From an uncultured Prevotellaceae bacterium (GTDB lineage Bacteria; Bacteroidota; Bacteroidia; Bacteroidales; Bacteroidaceae): a stretch of DNA of 64,000 bases. Shown here piece by piece: positions 30,486 through 40,394 of the stretch. The notes under the pieces were generated by a model. The model had not been told where the DNA came from and did no database searches. It worked only from the letters and a program-made list of their open reading frames with translations. The stretch lies in the NCBI GenBank assembly GCA_947169245.1, contig CAMVPA010000011.1, positions 4,241-68,240 on the forward strand, written 5' to 3'. The number at the start of each line of letters is the position of its first letter. Positions within the stretch are counted from its first letter, which is position 1. Made by a program: the position numbers and the translations under genes.

Positions 30486-32081
30486 TCACGGCCTCACCCT
30501 CAGCACCACAATCGACTTGGCAGGTACTTCGACGGTGAGCACGCCCTTCTTCACCTTGGCGTTCTTGAACGGCTTGGGAGCCACCACCTCGGGGTGGTCG
30601 AAGTCGTTGAAGTCGGCCACGTTCTTCGACGTCAGAATCTCGCCGCTGACCGTCGTGGCCGGCATGCCCTCGATGCTGAAGTCTATGGTCTGGTTCTTTT
30701 CGATGTTCACGTTGGTGACGGCCAGCACCAGACTGCCGTCTTTCGTCCTGGCGGCCGATGCCGAGAGCATGGGGCAGGGCCGGTAGCCGGCGTCCTTGGC
30801 ACCTTTCTTCTCCTTGAAGTAGGCCTTGCTCACCTCGATGATCTCCGTGGGCAGGTCGACGGGCAGGTAGGTGGCCTCCTGGAACGGCGTGTACATCTTG
30901 AACACGTGGTACGTCGGCGTCAGCACCATGTGGCCGGGACCCTTCTGGTCGGTCAGTATCATCGACTGCAGCACATTCACCACCTGTGCGATGTTGGCCA
31001 TCTTCACGCGGTCGGTGTACTTGTGGAACACGTTCAGCGTCAGCGCAGCCACGAAGGCGTCACGCAAGGCGTTCTGCTGGTACAGGTGGCCGCTGATGGT
31101 GCCGGGCTCCTCGTCCCACCATGTGCCCCACTCGTCGACAAGCAGTCCCACCTCGCCCTTCGGGTCCTTCTCGTCCATGATGGCCTTGTGCTTCTTGATG
31201 ACCTCCTCAATCTCCAGACACTTGCCCAGTGCCCAGTAGTACTGGTCGATGTCGAACTTCGTGGCCGAGCCCTTCGGTCCGTCCCATCCCGAGCATGTAT
31301 AATAATGTAGGGAGACGCCCTGCATCTTATTGCCGATCTTTTCCATCAGCACCTTCGTCCAGTTGTAGTCGTAGTCGGAGGCGCCGCTGCCTATGCGGTA
31401 GAGCTTGTTGCCCGTGTAGTCGCGCAGGTAGGTGTTGAACTTGCGGAACTCGTCCGAGTAGTACTCCGGCGTCATGTTGCCGCCGCAGCCCCACGCCTCG
31501 TTGCCGATGCCGAAGTACTTCACGTGCCAGGCCTTGTCGCGGCCGTTCTCGCGGCGCAGGCGTGCCATCGGCGTGTCGCCGTCGCTCGTCATGTACTCCA
31601 CCCACTGGGCCATCTCCTTGACCGTGCCCGAGCCCACGTTGCCGCTGATGTAAGGCTCGCAGCCCAGCATCTCGCAGAGGTTCAGGAACTCGTGCGTACC
31701 GAAGGAGTTGTCCTCGATGGTGCCGCCCCAGTTGTTGTTACGCAGTGAGGGGCGCTTGTCCTGGGGCCCGATGCCGTCCATCCAGTGGTAGTCGTCGGCA
31801 AAGCAGCCGCCCGGCCATCGCATGACGGGAATCTGCAGCGCCTTTAGCGCCTCGAACACATCCTTGCGGTAGCCCTTGATGTTTTCAATGCGAGAGTCCT
31901 CGCCCACCCACAGACCGCCGTAGATGCAGCTGCCCAGGTGCTCAGAGAACTGTCCGTAAATCTCGCGGTTGATCTTGGCTCCCGCGCGGTCGGCGTGAAC
32001 CGTTGCCTTCACGTTCTCGGCTGCCGAGACGGTGGCGGCTACAGCCAGCATGATGGCTGTAGTAAAAATAGCTTTCTTCAT
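30486..32081 (-). CDS. abfA: Alpha-L-arabinofuranosidase (GH51)
   Basis: YGQFSEHLG, RWPGGCFAD, GIGNEAWG, VDEWGTW, MANIAQVVNVLQ. Confidence 0.95.
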   Translation of the reverse strand: MKKAIFTTAIMLAVAATVSAAENVKATVHADRAGAKINREIYGQFSEHLGSCIYGGLWVGEDSRIENIKGYRKDVFEALKALQIPVMRWPGGCFADDYHWMDGIGPQDKRPSLRNNNWGGTIEDNSFGTHEFLNLCEMLGCEPYISGNVGSGTVKEMAQWVEYMTSDGDTPMARLRRENGRDKAWHVKYFGIGNEAWGCGGNMTPEYYSDEFRKFNTYLRDYTGNKLYRIGSGASDYDYNWTKVLMEKIGNKMQGVSLHYYTCSGWDGPKGSATKFDIDQYYWALGKCLEIEEVIKKHKAIMDEKDPKGEVGLLVDEWGTWWDEEPGTISGHLYQQNALRDAFVAALTLNVFHKYTDRVKMANIAQVVNVLQSMILTDQKGPGHMVLTPTYHVFKMYTPFQEATYLPVDLPTEIIEVSKAYFKEKKGAKDAGYRPCPMLSASAARTKDGSLVLAVTNVNIEKNQTIDFSIEGMPATTVSGEILTSKNVADFNDFDHPEVVAPKPFKNAKVKKGVLTVEVPAKSIVVLRVRP

Positions 32082-32246
32082 ATTGTTATAGGTTTTTGTT
32101 TATGTATCTGCCGACAAAGGTACAATAAAAAAGTGAAAAAGTGATGAGAGAACGGAGAAAAATTTGCTGCCACGTTTGGTGCTTTATAAAAAAATGCCTA
32201 ACTTTGCCGGCAGATTCGTAAACCTAACTATTTAATAAGCAGTAAT

Positions 32247-32387
32247 ATGGAAAAGAAGAACTATCAGAAACTCCACATGGAGGTAGTGCGTTTTGAGCAA
32301 GGCGAGCCTCTGCTCGCAGGTAGTGATGCTGTCGGATTCAGCGCATCCCGCCAGAGCTATGGCGTCGCAAACACTGCAACATGGTAA
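32247..32387 (+). CDS. Small 46-aa peptide, not in ORF track
   Basis: Translated by hand: MEKKNYQKLHMEVVRFEQGEPLLAGSDAVGFSASRQSYGVANTATW; lies downstream of a TAACTTTG box and 19 nt before the next gene. Confidence 0.7.
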   Translation: MEKKNYQKLHMEVVRFEQGEPLLAGSDAVGFSASRQSYGVANTATW

Positions 32388-32406
32388 TTGACAGGAGGAC
32401 TCCGTT

Positions 32407-33942
32407 ATGAAAACATTTCTGAACAACATTCTGTTGCTCTGCGCCGTCATGATGGCCGGAGCTACATTTACCGCCTGTTCTTCGAGCAGCGACGATGACC
32501 TCGTCAGCGAGCAGTCTGCCACTGGCGCACAGACCTACACCCTTACCATCAAGGCCGGCATGGCCGCCGATGCCACCCGTGCCCTCGTGCTCAAAGAGTC
32601 GCCTTCTGGCGACGAACTCGACGCCCAGTGGGCGGAGGGCGATGTGGTCTATGTCTACAAACAGAAAAACGATTATGGGTATTACAGCCGCATGACCACC
32701 CGCTCAATTCTGGCTCAATATACATTCGCTGGTACGCTCAAGGCTGCTGCCATCTCGCAGGATGGCCACGAGTGCATCCTCACCGGCGCGCTGACAGGCG
32801 AGCTTCAGGCGGGCGACGTGCTCCGCCTCTTGACGCCCAGCGACTTCCCCATCGACTACAGAGACCAGAAAGGTACCCTTGACGACATTGCCGCCAACTT
32901 CGACTACTGCCAAGCAGCGATTACCGTAGAGAGTGTCAATGGCAGTCAGGTCAATGTGACCGACATGTCGAGTCAGACACCGACCAATGTTGCCATATTC
33001 CATAATGGGTCGGCCATTGTCCGCTTCACCCTCGTTGACGAGAACAACCAGCCTCTCAGTGCCTCGAGTCTCACCATCAACGCCGGCATAGAATGGTCCG
33101 ACGAGGGTGGGTTTGATATCGTCACCCAGTACATGGACCCCATGAGTGGCATGAATAGCATGGGCGAACTCACCATCAGTCTCGGCAACAGCCCTTCCAG
33201 CACGGTATGGGCAGCTCTTAGCATGGAGTCATACGGAACCGTTTTGGGAGCACGTCAGACACGCGCAGTGATACAAGAGCCTACAGACTGTGTCATCATG
33301 CTGAAAGCCACCGTTGGTAGCGATGTCTATGTCTTCGAAAGTGAGGTAGAATCGTTCTTGGCGGGCCAGTTCTACGAAATCACTGTCCACATGCACAAGG
33401 CCACTCCGCTTGATGCTGTCACCTCCAACGACTTGGGTCGAGTCATTGGTGCCGACGGCAATCTCTATGACAACGTAGCCGCAGCTACCGCAGCCCAGAC
33501 CACCGCCGAGGCCATGATAGCCTATGTCGGCCGCAATTGGGGCTTCTTCCGTCACGGCTTGGCCATCTCGCTTACCGATGTCTACGAATATAACGTTGAT
33601 TATTCCCAGGCCATTGGCGCGATCGTCATCCCCCAATGGAACCAGGCCCACGCCGTTCAGGACTTAAAATGGCGTCTGCCCTCCGAGGAAGATTGGCAGT
33701 ACATGCTTTGGAACTATTATGCCAGCGAGCCCCAGCCTACCGACATCAGCGGTTTCAACAGCCTGCTGACTAACGCTGGCGGAGCACCACTGGTTACCGA
33801 CGGCTACTACTGGACCAGCGACGAGGACGACGAGAACGATGCCAATGCACTCTGTGTCTATCAGGACGATACCAACGCTGCTGGTTTCTCGGCCGTTAGC
33901 AAGAATTTCTATGCCAAGGTTCGCGCCTGTCTCCCATTCTAA
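32407..33942 (+). CDS. Fimbrillin-like lipoprotein with C-terminal lectin-like (DUF1566-type) domain
   Basis: Lipobox FTAC, DATRAL motif, AQWAEGDVVYVY, DYRDQKGTL; C-terminus WRLPS..W...YWTS...KVRACLPF. Confidence 0.7.
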   Translation: MKTFLNNILLLCAVMMAGATFTACSSSSDDDLVSEQSATGAQTYTLTIKAGMAADATRALVLKESPSGDELDAQWAEGDVVYVYKQKNDYGYYSRMTTRSILAQYTFAGTLKAAAISQDGHECILTGALTGELQAGDVLRLLTPSDFPIDYRDQKGTLDDIAANFDYCQAAITVESVNGSQVNVTDMSSQTPTNVAIFHNGSAIVRFTLVDENNQPLSASSLTINAGIEWSDEGGFDIVTQYMDPMSGMNSMGELTISLGNSPSSTVWAALSMESYGTVLGARQTRAVIQEPTDCVIMLKATVGSDVYVFESEVESFLAGQFYEITVHMHKATPLDAVTSNDLGRVIGADGNLYDNVAAATAAQTTAEAMIAYVGRNWGFFRHGLAISLTDVYEYNVDYSQAIGAIVIPQWNQAHAVQDLKWRLPSEEDWQYMLWNYYASEPQPTDISGFNSLLTNAGGAPLVTDGYYWTSDEDDENDANALCVYQDDTNAAGFSAVSKNFYAKVRACLPF

Positions 33943-33979
33943 GCTTGTGCAGCTCGCAAGCTAAGTACATATAACAGAT

Positions 33980-34018
33980 TATCGCCGCCCTTCCGTGTGT
34001 TCGGAAGGGCGGCGATTC
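33980..34018. terminator. Hairpin between lipoprotein gene and tRNA-Arg
   Basis: atcgccgcccttccg-tgtgtt-cggaagggcggcgat. Confidence 0.7.
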
Positions 34019-34023
34019 CTTTG

Positions 34024-34095
34024 TACCCCGACCGGGAATCGAACCCGGAACTAAGCTTTAGGAGAGCCTTGTTATATCCATTTAACTATCAGGGC
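34024..34095 (-). tRNA. tRNA-Arg(CCT)
   Basis: Reverse complement GCCCTGATAGTTAAATGGATATAACAAGGCT-CT CCT AA-AGCTTAGTTCCGGGTTCGATTCCCGGTCGGGGTA. Confidence 0.95.
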
Positions 34096-34172
34096 AACAA
34101 ATTTCGGCTGCAAAGTTACGAAATAAAAAGGAAATTTCGTATCTTTGCGGCAGATTTTTTAATTGTGGAACT

Positions 34173-34355
34173 ATGTTTGGATTAGGAATGCAGGAGATTC
34201 TTGTCATCGCGCTCATCGTCCTGCTGTTTTTTGGCGGCAAGAAAATACCCGAACTGATGAAGGGACTGGGCAAGGGCGTGAAGAGTTTTAAGGACGGAAT
34301 GAAGGAGGTGACCGACGACAGTGGCAACTCGGCCGACACACCCGCCAAGGGCTGA
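34173..34355 (+). CDS. tatA: Twin-arginine translocase TatA
   Basis: [26 protein letters not shown]. Confidence 0.95.
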   Translation: MFGLGMQEILVIALIVLLFFGGKKIPELMKGLGKGVKSFKDGMKEVTDDSGNSADTPAKG

Positions 34356-34370
34356 GATGACGTCTTCTGA

Positions 34371-35159
34371 ATGGCTGAAGTTATGAGCGACGGCACGACG
34401 GCAACGTTCTGGGAGCACCTCGACGCCCTGCGGACGGTCATCATCCGTTCGCTCGTGGTGGTGTGTCTCGTGGCTGTCGTCGCCTTCGTACTGAAGGAAC
34501 CGCTGTTCCGCGTGGTGCTGGCGCCGCGGTCGAGCGACTTCTTCATGTACCGCTGGATGGGTGTCGAGCCCTTCTCGCTGCACCTGATGAACACGGGACT
34601 GACGGAGCAGTTCATGATTCACATGAAGACGGCCCTCTACGCGGGACTGCTCTTGGCGTCGCCCTACGTGCTCTATGAGCTCTTCCGCTTCGTGTCGCCG
34701 GCGCTCTACGCCAACGAACGGCGCTACGCGGTGTGGATTGTGTTGTCGGCCTACGTGATGTTCATCCTCGGGACGGCCGTCGACTACCTCATCATCTTCC
34801 CGCTGACGGTGCGCTTCTTAGGAACCTACCAGGTGAGTGCCGACGTGGCCAATATGCTCACCATACAGTCGTATGTTGACACGCTCATCAGCATGAGCCT
34901 CGTCCTGGGTGTGGTCTTCGAGCTGCCCGTGGTCTGCGGGCTCTTGGGGCGCATGGGACTCATCTCGGCCCGCATGATGCAGCAGTACCGCCGCCATGCC
35001 GTGGTGGCCATCCTCATCGTGGCGGCCATCATCACGCCCACCACCGACGTCTTCACCCTGCTTGTCGTCGCCCTGCCCATCTGGCTGCTCTATGAGGCGA
35101 GCATTGGAATCGTGAAGATTGTGAGAAAACAGAATAACCAATCAACAAAACCGATATGA
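34371..35159 (+). CDS. tatC: Twin-arginine translocase TatC
   Basis: FWEHLDALR, FVSPALY..E, FELP, AAIITP, LYE. Confidence 0.95.
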   Translation: MAEVMSDGTTATFWEHLDALRTVIIRSLVVVCLVAVVAFVLKEPLFRVVLAPRSSDFFMYRWMGVEPFSLHLMNTGLTEQFMIHMKTALYAGLLLASPYVLYELFRFVSPALYANERRYAVWIVLSAYVMFILGTAVDYLIIFPLTVRFLGTYQVSADVANMLTIQSYVDTLISMSLVLGVVFELPVVCGLLGRMGLISARMMQQYRRHAVVAILIVAAIITPTTDVFTLLVVALPIWLLYEASIGIVKIVRKQNNQSTKPI

Positions 35160-37144
35160 AACGACTTATTGCTTTTGCAGCTGTGCTGCTGACCGCCGTC
35201 ACCATGATGGCAAAGACAGAAACCGTGCCGGCGCCCGGCAACAGGCTTTATCTGACATTCAGCGACGAAGGCGGTGTGGCCACCTACAGCGTCACCTACG
35301 ACGACGTGCTGGTGCTGACTGCCTCACGTCTGGGTTTCGAGGCCGACTTCGGCGACTTTACTAAGGGATTGACGATGGGCCAGTCCAAGATGCAGTTCCA
35401 CGATGCCACCATCTACATAAAAGGAGGGGGCAAACGTACACAGAATGGGGTACGCTACACAGTACCGTTCACGAACGCCAAGGGATTGGAGATGAAGGTC
35501 ATCTTCGAGATGACGAGCAACAGCATCGCCTACCGCTATGAGATTCCCCGTCCCAAGGCCGACAACCCGAAGTGCGGCGTCATCCGCCGCGAGGTCAGCT
35601 CGTTCAACTTCCCCGAGGGCACCTCGACGTTCCTCTGTCCGCAGATAGGTCCCATGACGGGCTGGGAGCGCACGAAACCCAGCTACGAGGAGGACTACAA
35701 AGCCGACGCCCCGATGACCGTGAAGTCGCAGTTCGGTCAGGGCTATACGTTCCCCTGCCTCTTCAAGACCCCCCTGTCGTCCCCCGAGGGGGACACAAAA
35801 GCCTCCCCTCGGGGAGGTTCGAAGGGGGTTCTATGGGTGCTCGTCAGTGAGATTGGCGTCGATGGCAGCTACGTGGGCTCTCACCTGAGCGACTACAACG
35901 CAGAGACGGGCTACACCATCGCCTTCCCGCAGGCTGGTGAGAACAACGGCAACGGCACGCCCTTTGCCGGCATCTCCCTGCCTTACGCGACGCCTTGGCG
36001 CACCATTATCGTCGGTGCTTCGCTGAAGCCTATTGTCGAGGCGAGCAGCATTTCGTTCCCGCTGAAGAACAAATACGACCCCACGACGGAGTACAAGCCT
36101 GGCCGCTACACGTGGTCGTGGCTCGTGTGGCAGGACGAGAGTATCAACTACGACGACCAGGTGCAGTTCATCGACCTCGCCGCCAAGATGGGCTTCGAGT
36201 ACTGTCTGGTGGACAACTGGTGGGACCAGCGCATAGGTCGCGACAAGATTGAAGAGCTGTCGAAGTATGCCCAGTCGAAGGGCGTGAGTCTGATGCTGTG
36301 GTACAACTCCAACGGCTACGAGAACGACGCCCCGCAGACGCCGCGTGACTGCATGTCAACAGCCATCGCCCGCGACCGTGAGATGGCGTGGATGCAGAAG
36401 ATTGGCGTGAAGGGCATCAAGGTCGACTTCTTCGGTGGTGACAAGCAGCAGACTATGCAGCTCTACGAGGACATCCTCTTCGATGCCAACCGCTACGGTC
36501 TGCAGGTCATCTTCCACGGCTGCACTGTGCCACGCGGCTGGAGATCCATGTATCCCAACTATGTGGCCTCCGAGGCCGTACTCGCTTCAGAGAACGTTTA
36601 CTTCAGCGAGGGTCACGCCAAGAGCGAGGCTTTCGAGCTCTGCATGCACCCCTTCATCCGCAATGCTATGGAGCCGATGGACTGGGGCGGCACCATCATG
36701 AACAAGTACCTGAGCCGCGACAACAAGAGCCGCCACCGCCGCTACACCACCGACATCTTCGAGATGGCCGCTGCCATCACTACCAAGACGACCGTCCAGT
36801 GCATCGCCATGCAACCCAACAACCTCGAGGAGCTGCCGCAGTTCGAGCTCGACTTCCTGAAGGAGGTGCCCACGGTGTGGCACGAGACGCGTTTCCTCGA
36901 CGGCTATCCCGGCAAATATGTTGTCTTGGCCCGCCGCAACGGTGACAACTGGTACGTGGCAGGTCTGAACGCCGAGCCGCAGGCCAAGACGCTGACCGTC
37001 AAGATGGAGGAGTGGGCCGGACAGACCATGAGCTACTACGTCGACGACCCGAAGGCCGGGCCCCAGCTGCGCCAGCTGAAGTTCGACAAGAAAGGACAGG
37101 CGAAGGTGACGATACAGCCTAACGGTGGAGTTATCCTGAAATAA
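35156..37144 (+). CDS. Glycoside hydrolase family 97
   Basis: TPWRTI, FIDLAAKMGFEYCLVD..W, GVKGIKVDF, FHG, PTVWHETRFLDGYPGKYVVLARR. Confidence 0.9.
   Translation: MKRLIAFAAVLLTAVTMMAKTETVPAPGNRLYLTFSDEGGVATYSVTYDDVLVLTASRLGFEADFGDFTKGLTMGQSKMQFHDATIYIKGGGKRTQNGVRYTVPFTNAKGLEMKVIFEMTSNSIAYRYEIPRPKADNPKCGVIRREVSSFNFPEGTSTFLCPQIGPMTGWERTKPSYEEDYKADAPMTVKSQFGQGYTFPCLFKTPLSSPEGDTKASPRGGSKGVLWVLVSEIGVDGSYVGSHLSDYNAETGYTIAFPQAGENNGNGTPFAGISLPYATPWRTIIVGASLKPIVEASSISFPLKNKYDPTTEYKPGRYTWSWLVWQDESINYDDQVQFIDLAAKMGFEYCLVDNWWDQRIGRDKIEELSKYAQSKGVSLMLWYNSNGYENDAPQTPRDCMSTAIARDREMAWMQKIGVKGIKVDFFGGDKQQTMQLYEDILFDANRYGLQVIFHGCTVPRGWRSMYPNYVASEAVLASENVYFSEGHAKSEAFELCMHPFIRNAMEPMDWGGTIMNKYLSRDNKSRHRRYTTDIFEMAAAITTKTTVQCIAMQPNNLEELPQFELDFLKEVPTVWHETRFLDGYPGKYVVLARRNGDNWYVAGLNAEPQAKTLTVKMEEWAGQTMSYYVDDPKAGPQLRQLKFDKKGQAKVTIQPNGGVILK
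35768..35829. repeat. Double-hairpin palindromic element in frame within GH97
   Basis: accccc..gtcccccgagggggac..cctcccctcggggagg..gggggt encodes TPLSSPEGDTKASPRGGSKGV. Confidence 0.7.
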
Positions 37145-37191
37145 AAAAATGCCGAAAGTTTTGTGCTTTCGGCATTTTTTTACTACCTTTG
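37144..37191 (+). terminator. GH97 terminator overlapping the thiamine-operon promoter
   Basis: aaaaaaatgccgaaag-ttttgtg-ctttcggcattttttt; TTTG in the loop and TACCTTTG at 37184-37191. Confidence 0.75.
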
Positions 37192-37199
37192 CCGCCGAT

Positions 37200-37275
37200 T
37201 ATCAAGGGGTGCCCGCCGTTGCGAGCTGAGATGATACCCTCTAACCTGATTCGGACAATGCCGACGTAGGGATGG
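37200..37275 (+). ncRNA. TPP riboswitch
   Basis: GGGGTGC...GCTGAGA..ATACCC..TAACCTGATTCGGACAATGCCGACGTAGGGA consensus, upstream of a TonB receptor and pnuC. Confidence 0.93.
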
Positions 37276-37329
37276 ATAGTAGAACGGATAACCCCCTTTA
37301 CATTATTTATTAATTAAAGGTAACAACAA

Positions 37330-39723
37330 ATGAAAAAGATTGTTTTGCTGACATTAGCCGTGGGGCTGACAGTCAGCGCCGGTGCCCAACAGAAGTGGCA
37401 CTACGATTCCACGAAAGTAGAGAAACTCACCGAGGTGGTGGTCAGCGGCGTGCGTGCGCAGAAGAACGCACCCTATGCCACCAGCAACATCAAGAAGAAA
37501 GAGCTCAGCGACTTCTCGAAGACGGGCCGCGAGCTGCCGTTCCTCTTCTCGCAGACGCCGGGTGTGCTGGCATGGAGCGAGAACGGCGTGGGCACGGGAA
37601 CGACCTATATGCGTATCCGTGGCGCCGGCGACTCACGTATCAACGTGACGCTCGACGGTGTGCCCCTGAACTCGCCCGAGGACCAGTGTGTGTTCTGGGC
37701 TAACATGAACAGCTACGGCTCGCTGCTGGGCTCAGTGCAGATACAGCGCGGCGTGGGCACGTCGACGAACGGCGACGGTGCCTTCGGCGGTACGGTGGCC
37801 CTGCAGTCGGCTACGCCCAGTCCGAAGCCCGGCCTGGAGCTGTCGGCCAGCTACGGCTCGTTCAACACCCTGAACCTTGGCGGCAACTTCTCTACGGGTG
37901 CGCTGAAGGCCGGGGTAGGGCGGCTGATTCTCGACGGTGCCTACCACCAGACGACGACCGACGGCTTCATCCATGGCACCTCGGGGCGCTCGGGCAGCTA
38001 CTACGGCGGTCTGACGTGGATGAAGGAGAACCTGCGCATCAGCTACAAGAACATCGGCAACTTCGAGCGCACGGGACAGGCCTGGAACGGTGTCACCGCA
38101 GGCACTAACGACCTGAGCATCATGGACGGCACCTACGGCGCCAATACCGGCATCAAGACCTACAAGGACATGTGGGACGCCGGCCTGGGCAAGTATAACT
38201 CGCTCTACGAACAGCTTGTCATCGGCGACGACGGTTCCTACTCGACGCAGCGCTACACCATCACCAACACCCAACACCCATCACCCAACACATCTTCCTA
38301 TTGGGACAAAACCACCGACAACTTCTGGCAGAACCACAACCTGCTGACGGTCAGCGGCGAGGTGAACGACCACTGGACGGCCTCGGCCACGCTGCACTAC
38401 ACCCACGGCTACGGCTACTATGAGGAGTTCCGCTCCATGAACAAGCCCAAGAAGTTCGGCATCAACAATGCCGGCGTCAAGAAGACCGACTTCGTGCGTA
38501 AGAAGGGACTGCGCCAGGACGTCGGCGGACTCGTGGGCAACGTGAACTACCGCGACCAGCGCTGGGACATCATCGGCGGCCTGTCGGCACAGAAGTTCTG
38601 GGGCGACCACTTCGGCTTCCTCACCTATGCTGCCGACCCCGCACTGGCCACTCGTCTCGGTCAGCACTACAAGTACTACGACTCGGGTGCCGAGAAGACC
38701 GACGCCAGTGCCTTCGTCAAGGCGGCCTTCAAGCTCAGCGACCATCTGAGCGTCTTTGCCGACCTGCAGTACCGCCATGTGGACTACATGACCGACGGCA
38801 TCAACGACAAGTTCTACGAGGAGGAGAGCGGCTACTACAACCAGACGCTCGACATCGACAAGCACTACGACTTCCTGAACCCCAAGGCCGGCTTCTCGTG
38901 GACGGCGGGCAGCCACCGCATCTACGGCTCCGTGGCCCTGAGCCATCGCGAGCCCGAGCGCAACAACTTCACCGACAACGGCAAATATCCTGCCCCCAAG
39001 GCCGAGTCGCTGCTCGACTACGAGCTGGGCTACACCTTCAACGGCAGCATCTGGCGCGTGGGCGCGAACCTCTATTATATGGACTACACCGACCAGTTCG
39101 TACAGACCGGTGAGGTCAGCGACATCGGCGAGAAGCTCACCACCAACATCAAGGACTCCTACCGTCTGGGCATCGAGCTGCAGGCTGGCATCGACCCCAC
39201 ACCGTGGCTCACCATTGAGGGTAACGCCGCCCTGAGCCAGAACAAGATCAAGGACTTCGACGAGGTCGTCGAGGACTGGGACAACGGCTCGCAGACCATC
39301 CACTACGACAACTCGACGCTGGCCTTCAGCCCCTCGACCATCCTCAACGGCTTCATCAACCTGCACCACAAGGGCTGGCAGGCCACGTGGCACACTAACT
39401 ATGTCAGCCTCCTCTACCTCGACAATACTGAGAACGAGGACCGCTCGCTGCCCGCCTACTCGGTGTCGGACGTCAGTGCCAGCTACACGCTGCGTGCCAA
39501 GAGCCGCAAGCCCGGCTGTGCGTTCCCCTTCCCACGGTTCAAGGAGATTGTCCTTGGCCTGAACGCCAACAATGTCTTCAACCGTCGCTACGCCGCCAGC
39601 GGCTGGGTCTACTCTGCCATCTACGAGAGCGGCGGTCACGGCAACGACAACCGCTATTACCAGATTGGCTTCATCCCCATGGCAGGCTTCACCATGTCGG
39701 GCAATGTGACAATACGATTCTAA
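37330..39723 (+). CDS. TonB-dependent receptor, probable thiamine uptake
   Basis: EVVVSG TonB box, RIRG...RINVTLDGVPLN plug, C-terminal F; TPP riboswitch upstream. Confidence 0.92.
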   Translation: MKKIVLLTLAVGLTVSAGAQQKWHYDSTKVEKLTEVVVSGVRAQKNAPYATSNIKKKELSDFSKTGRELPFLFSQTPGVLAWSENGVGTGTTYMRIRGAGDSRINVTLDGVPLNSPEDQCVFWANMNSYGSLLGSVQIQRGVGTSTNGDGAFGGTVALQSATPSPKPGLELSASYGSFNTLNLGGNFSTGALKAGVGRLILDGAYHQTTTDGFIHGTSGRSGSYYGGLTWMKENLRISYKNIGNFERTGQAWNGVTAGTNDLSIMDGTYGANTGIKTYKDMWDAGLGKYNSLYEQLVIGDDGSYSTQRYTITNTQHPSPNTSSYWDKTTDNFWQNHNLLTVSGEVNDHWTASATLHYTHGYGYYEEFRSMNKPKKFGINNAGVKKTDFVRKKGLRQDVGGLVGNVNYRDQRWDIIGGLSAQKFWGDHFGFLTYAADPALATRLGQHYKYYDSGAEKTDASAFVKAAFKLSDHLSVFADLQYRHVDYMTDGINDKFYEEESGYYNQTLDIDKHYDFLNPKAGFSWTAGSHRIYGSVALSHREPERNNFTDNGKYPAPKAESLLDYELGYTFNGSIWRVGANLYYMDYTDQFVQTGEVSDIGEKLTTNIKDSYRLGIELQAGIDPTPWLTIEGNAALSQNKIKDFDEVVEDWDNGSQTIHYDNSTLAFSPSTILNGFINLHHKGWQATWHTNYVSLLYLDNTENEDRSLPAYSVSDVSASYTLRAKSRKPGCAFPFPRFKEIVLGLNANNVFNRRYAASGWVYSAIYESGGHGNDNRYYQIGFIPMAGFTMSGNVTIRF

Positions 39724-39776
39724 ATGAGAAGCCTCTCCCTCGACCCCTCCCCGAAAAGGGAGGGGAAAAGTGATAA

Positions 39777-40379
39777 GTGATGATGACAGAATTCATACTT
39801 GCACACTGGTTGGATATTGTGACGACAGTCTTGGGACTGGCGTACATCCTGTTGGAGTATAGGGCCAGCGTCTGGATGTGGGCCGTGGGCTTCGCTATGC
39901 AGGCCCTTGGCATCGTGCTCTACTACCAGAAGGGCCTCTATGCCGACTGTGGCATGGAATTCTACTACCTCTCGGTGACGGTGTATGGGTGGTGGAGGTG
40001 GAAGACCCACCCCCAGCCCCTCCCTACAAAGAAGGGGCTGGGGGTGGGTCTTTTCCCCCGCAGGCTGATATTGCCCTGGCTTGCCATCATCGCTGCCCTC
40101 TGGGCCGTCATCTACTGGCTGCTGGTGACGTTCACCAACTCCACCGTGCCCTTGGCCGACTCGTTCACCACCGCCCTGAGCATCGTGGGCATCTGGGCGC
40201 TGGCTCATAAGTACCTGGAGCAGTGGTTCATCTGGATTGCCGTCGACGTCGTCACCTCCGTCCTCTACTTCTACAAGGACATCCCCTTCAAGGCGTCGCT
40301 CTACGCCCTCTACGTCGTCATCGCCATCTTCGGCTACTTCAAGTGGCGCCGTGAGATGCTGTCATCCCCCAACATCTAA
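39777..40379 (+). CDS. pnuC: PnuC-family transporter, probably thiamine (PnuT)
   Basis: YGWWRW, DSFTTALS, KYLEQWFIWIAVD; under TPP riboswitch. Confidence 0.92.
   Translation: MMMTEFILAHWLDIVTTVLGLAYILLEYRASVWMWAVGFAMQALGIVLYYQKGLYADCGMEFYYLSVTVYGWWRWKTHPQPLPTKKGLGVGLFPRRLILPWLAIIAALWAVIYWLLVTFTNSTVPLADSFTTALSIVGIWALAHKYLEQWFIWIAVDVVTSVLYFYKDIPFKASLYALYVVIAIFGYFKWRREMLSSPNI
40002..40052. repeat. Perfect 20-bp inverted repeat in frame within pnuC
   Basis: aagacccacccccagcccct-N11-aggggctgggggtgggtctt encodes KTHPQPLPTKKGLGVGL. Confidence 0.85.
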
Positions 40380-40394
40380 CACCCATCACCCAAC

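Noticed and set aside
28861-32387. Lasso/RiPP cluster linking the ABC transporter and the small peptide
   Set aside because: No cyclase, peptidase, RRE or radical SAM gene; the two are divergent and separated by GH51.
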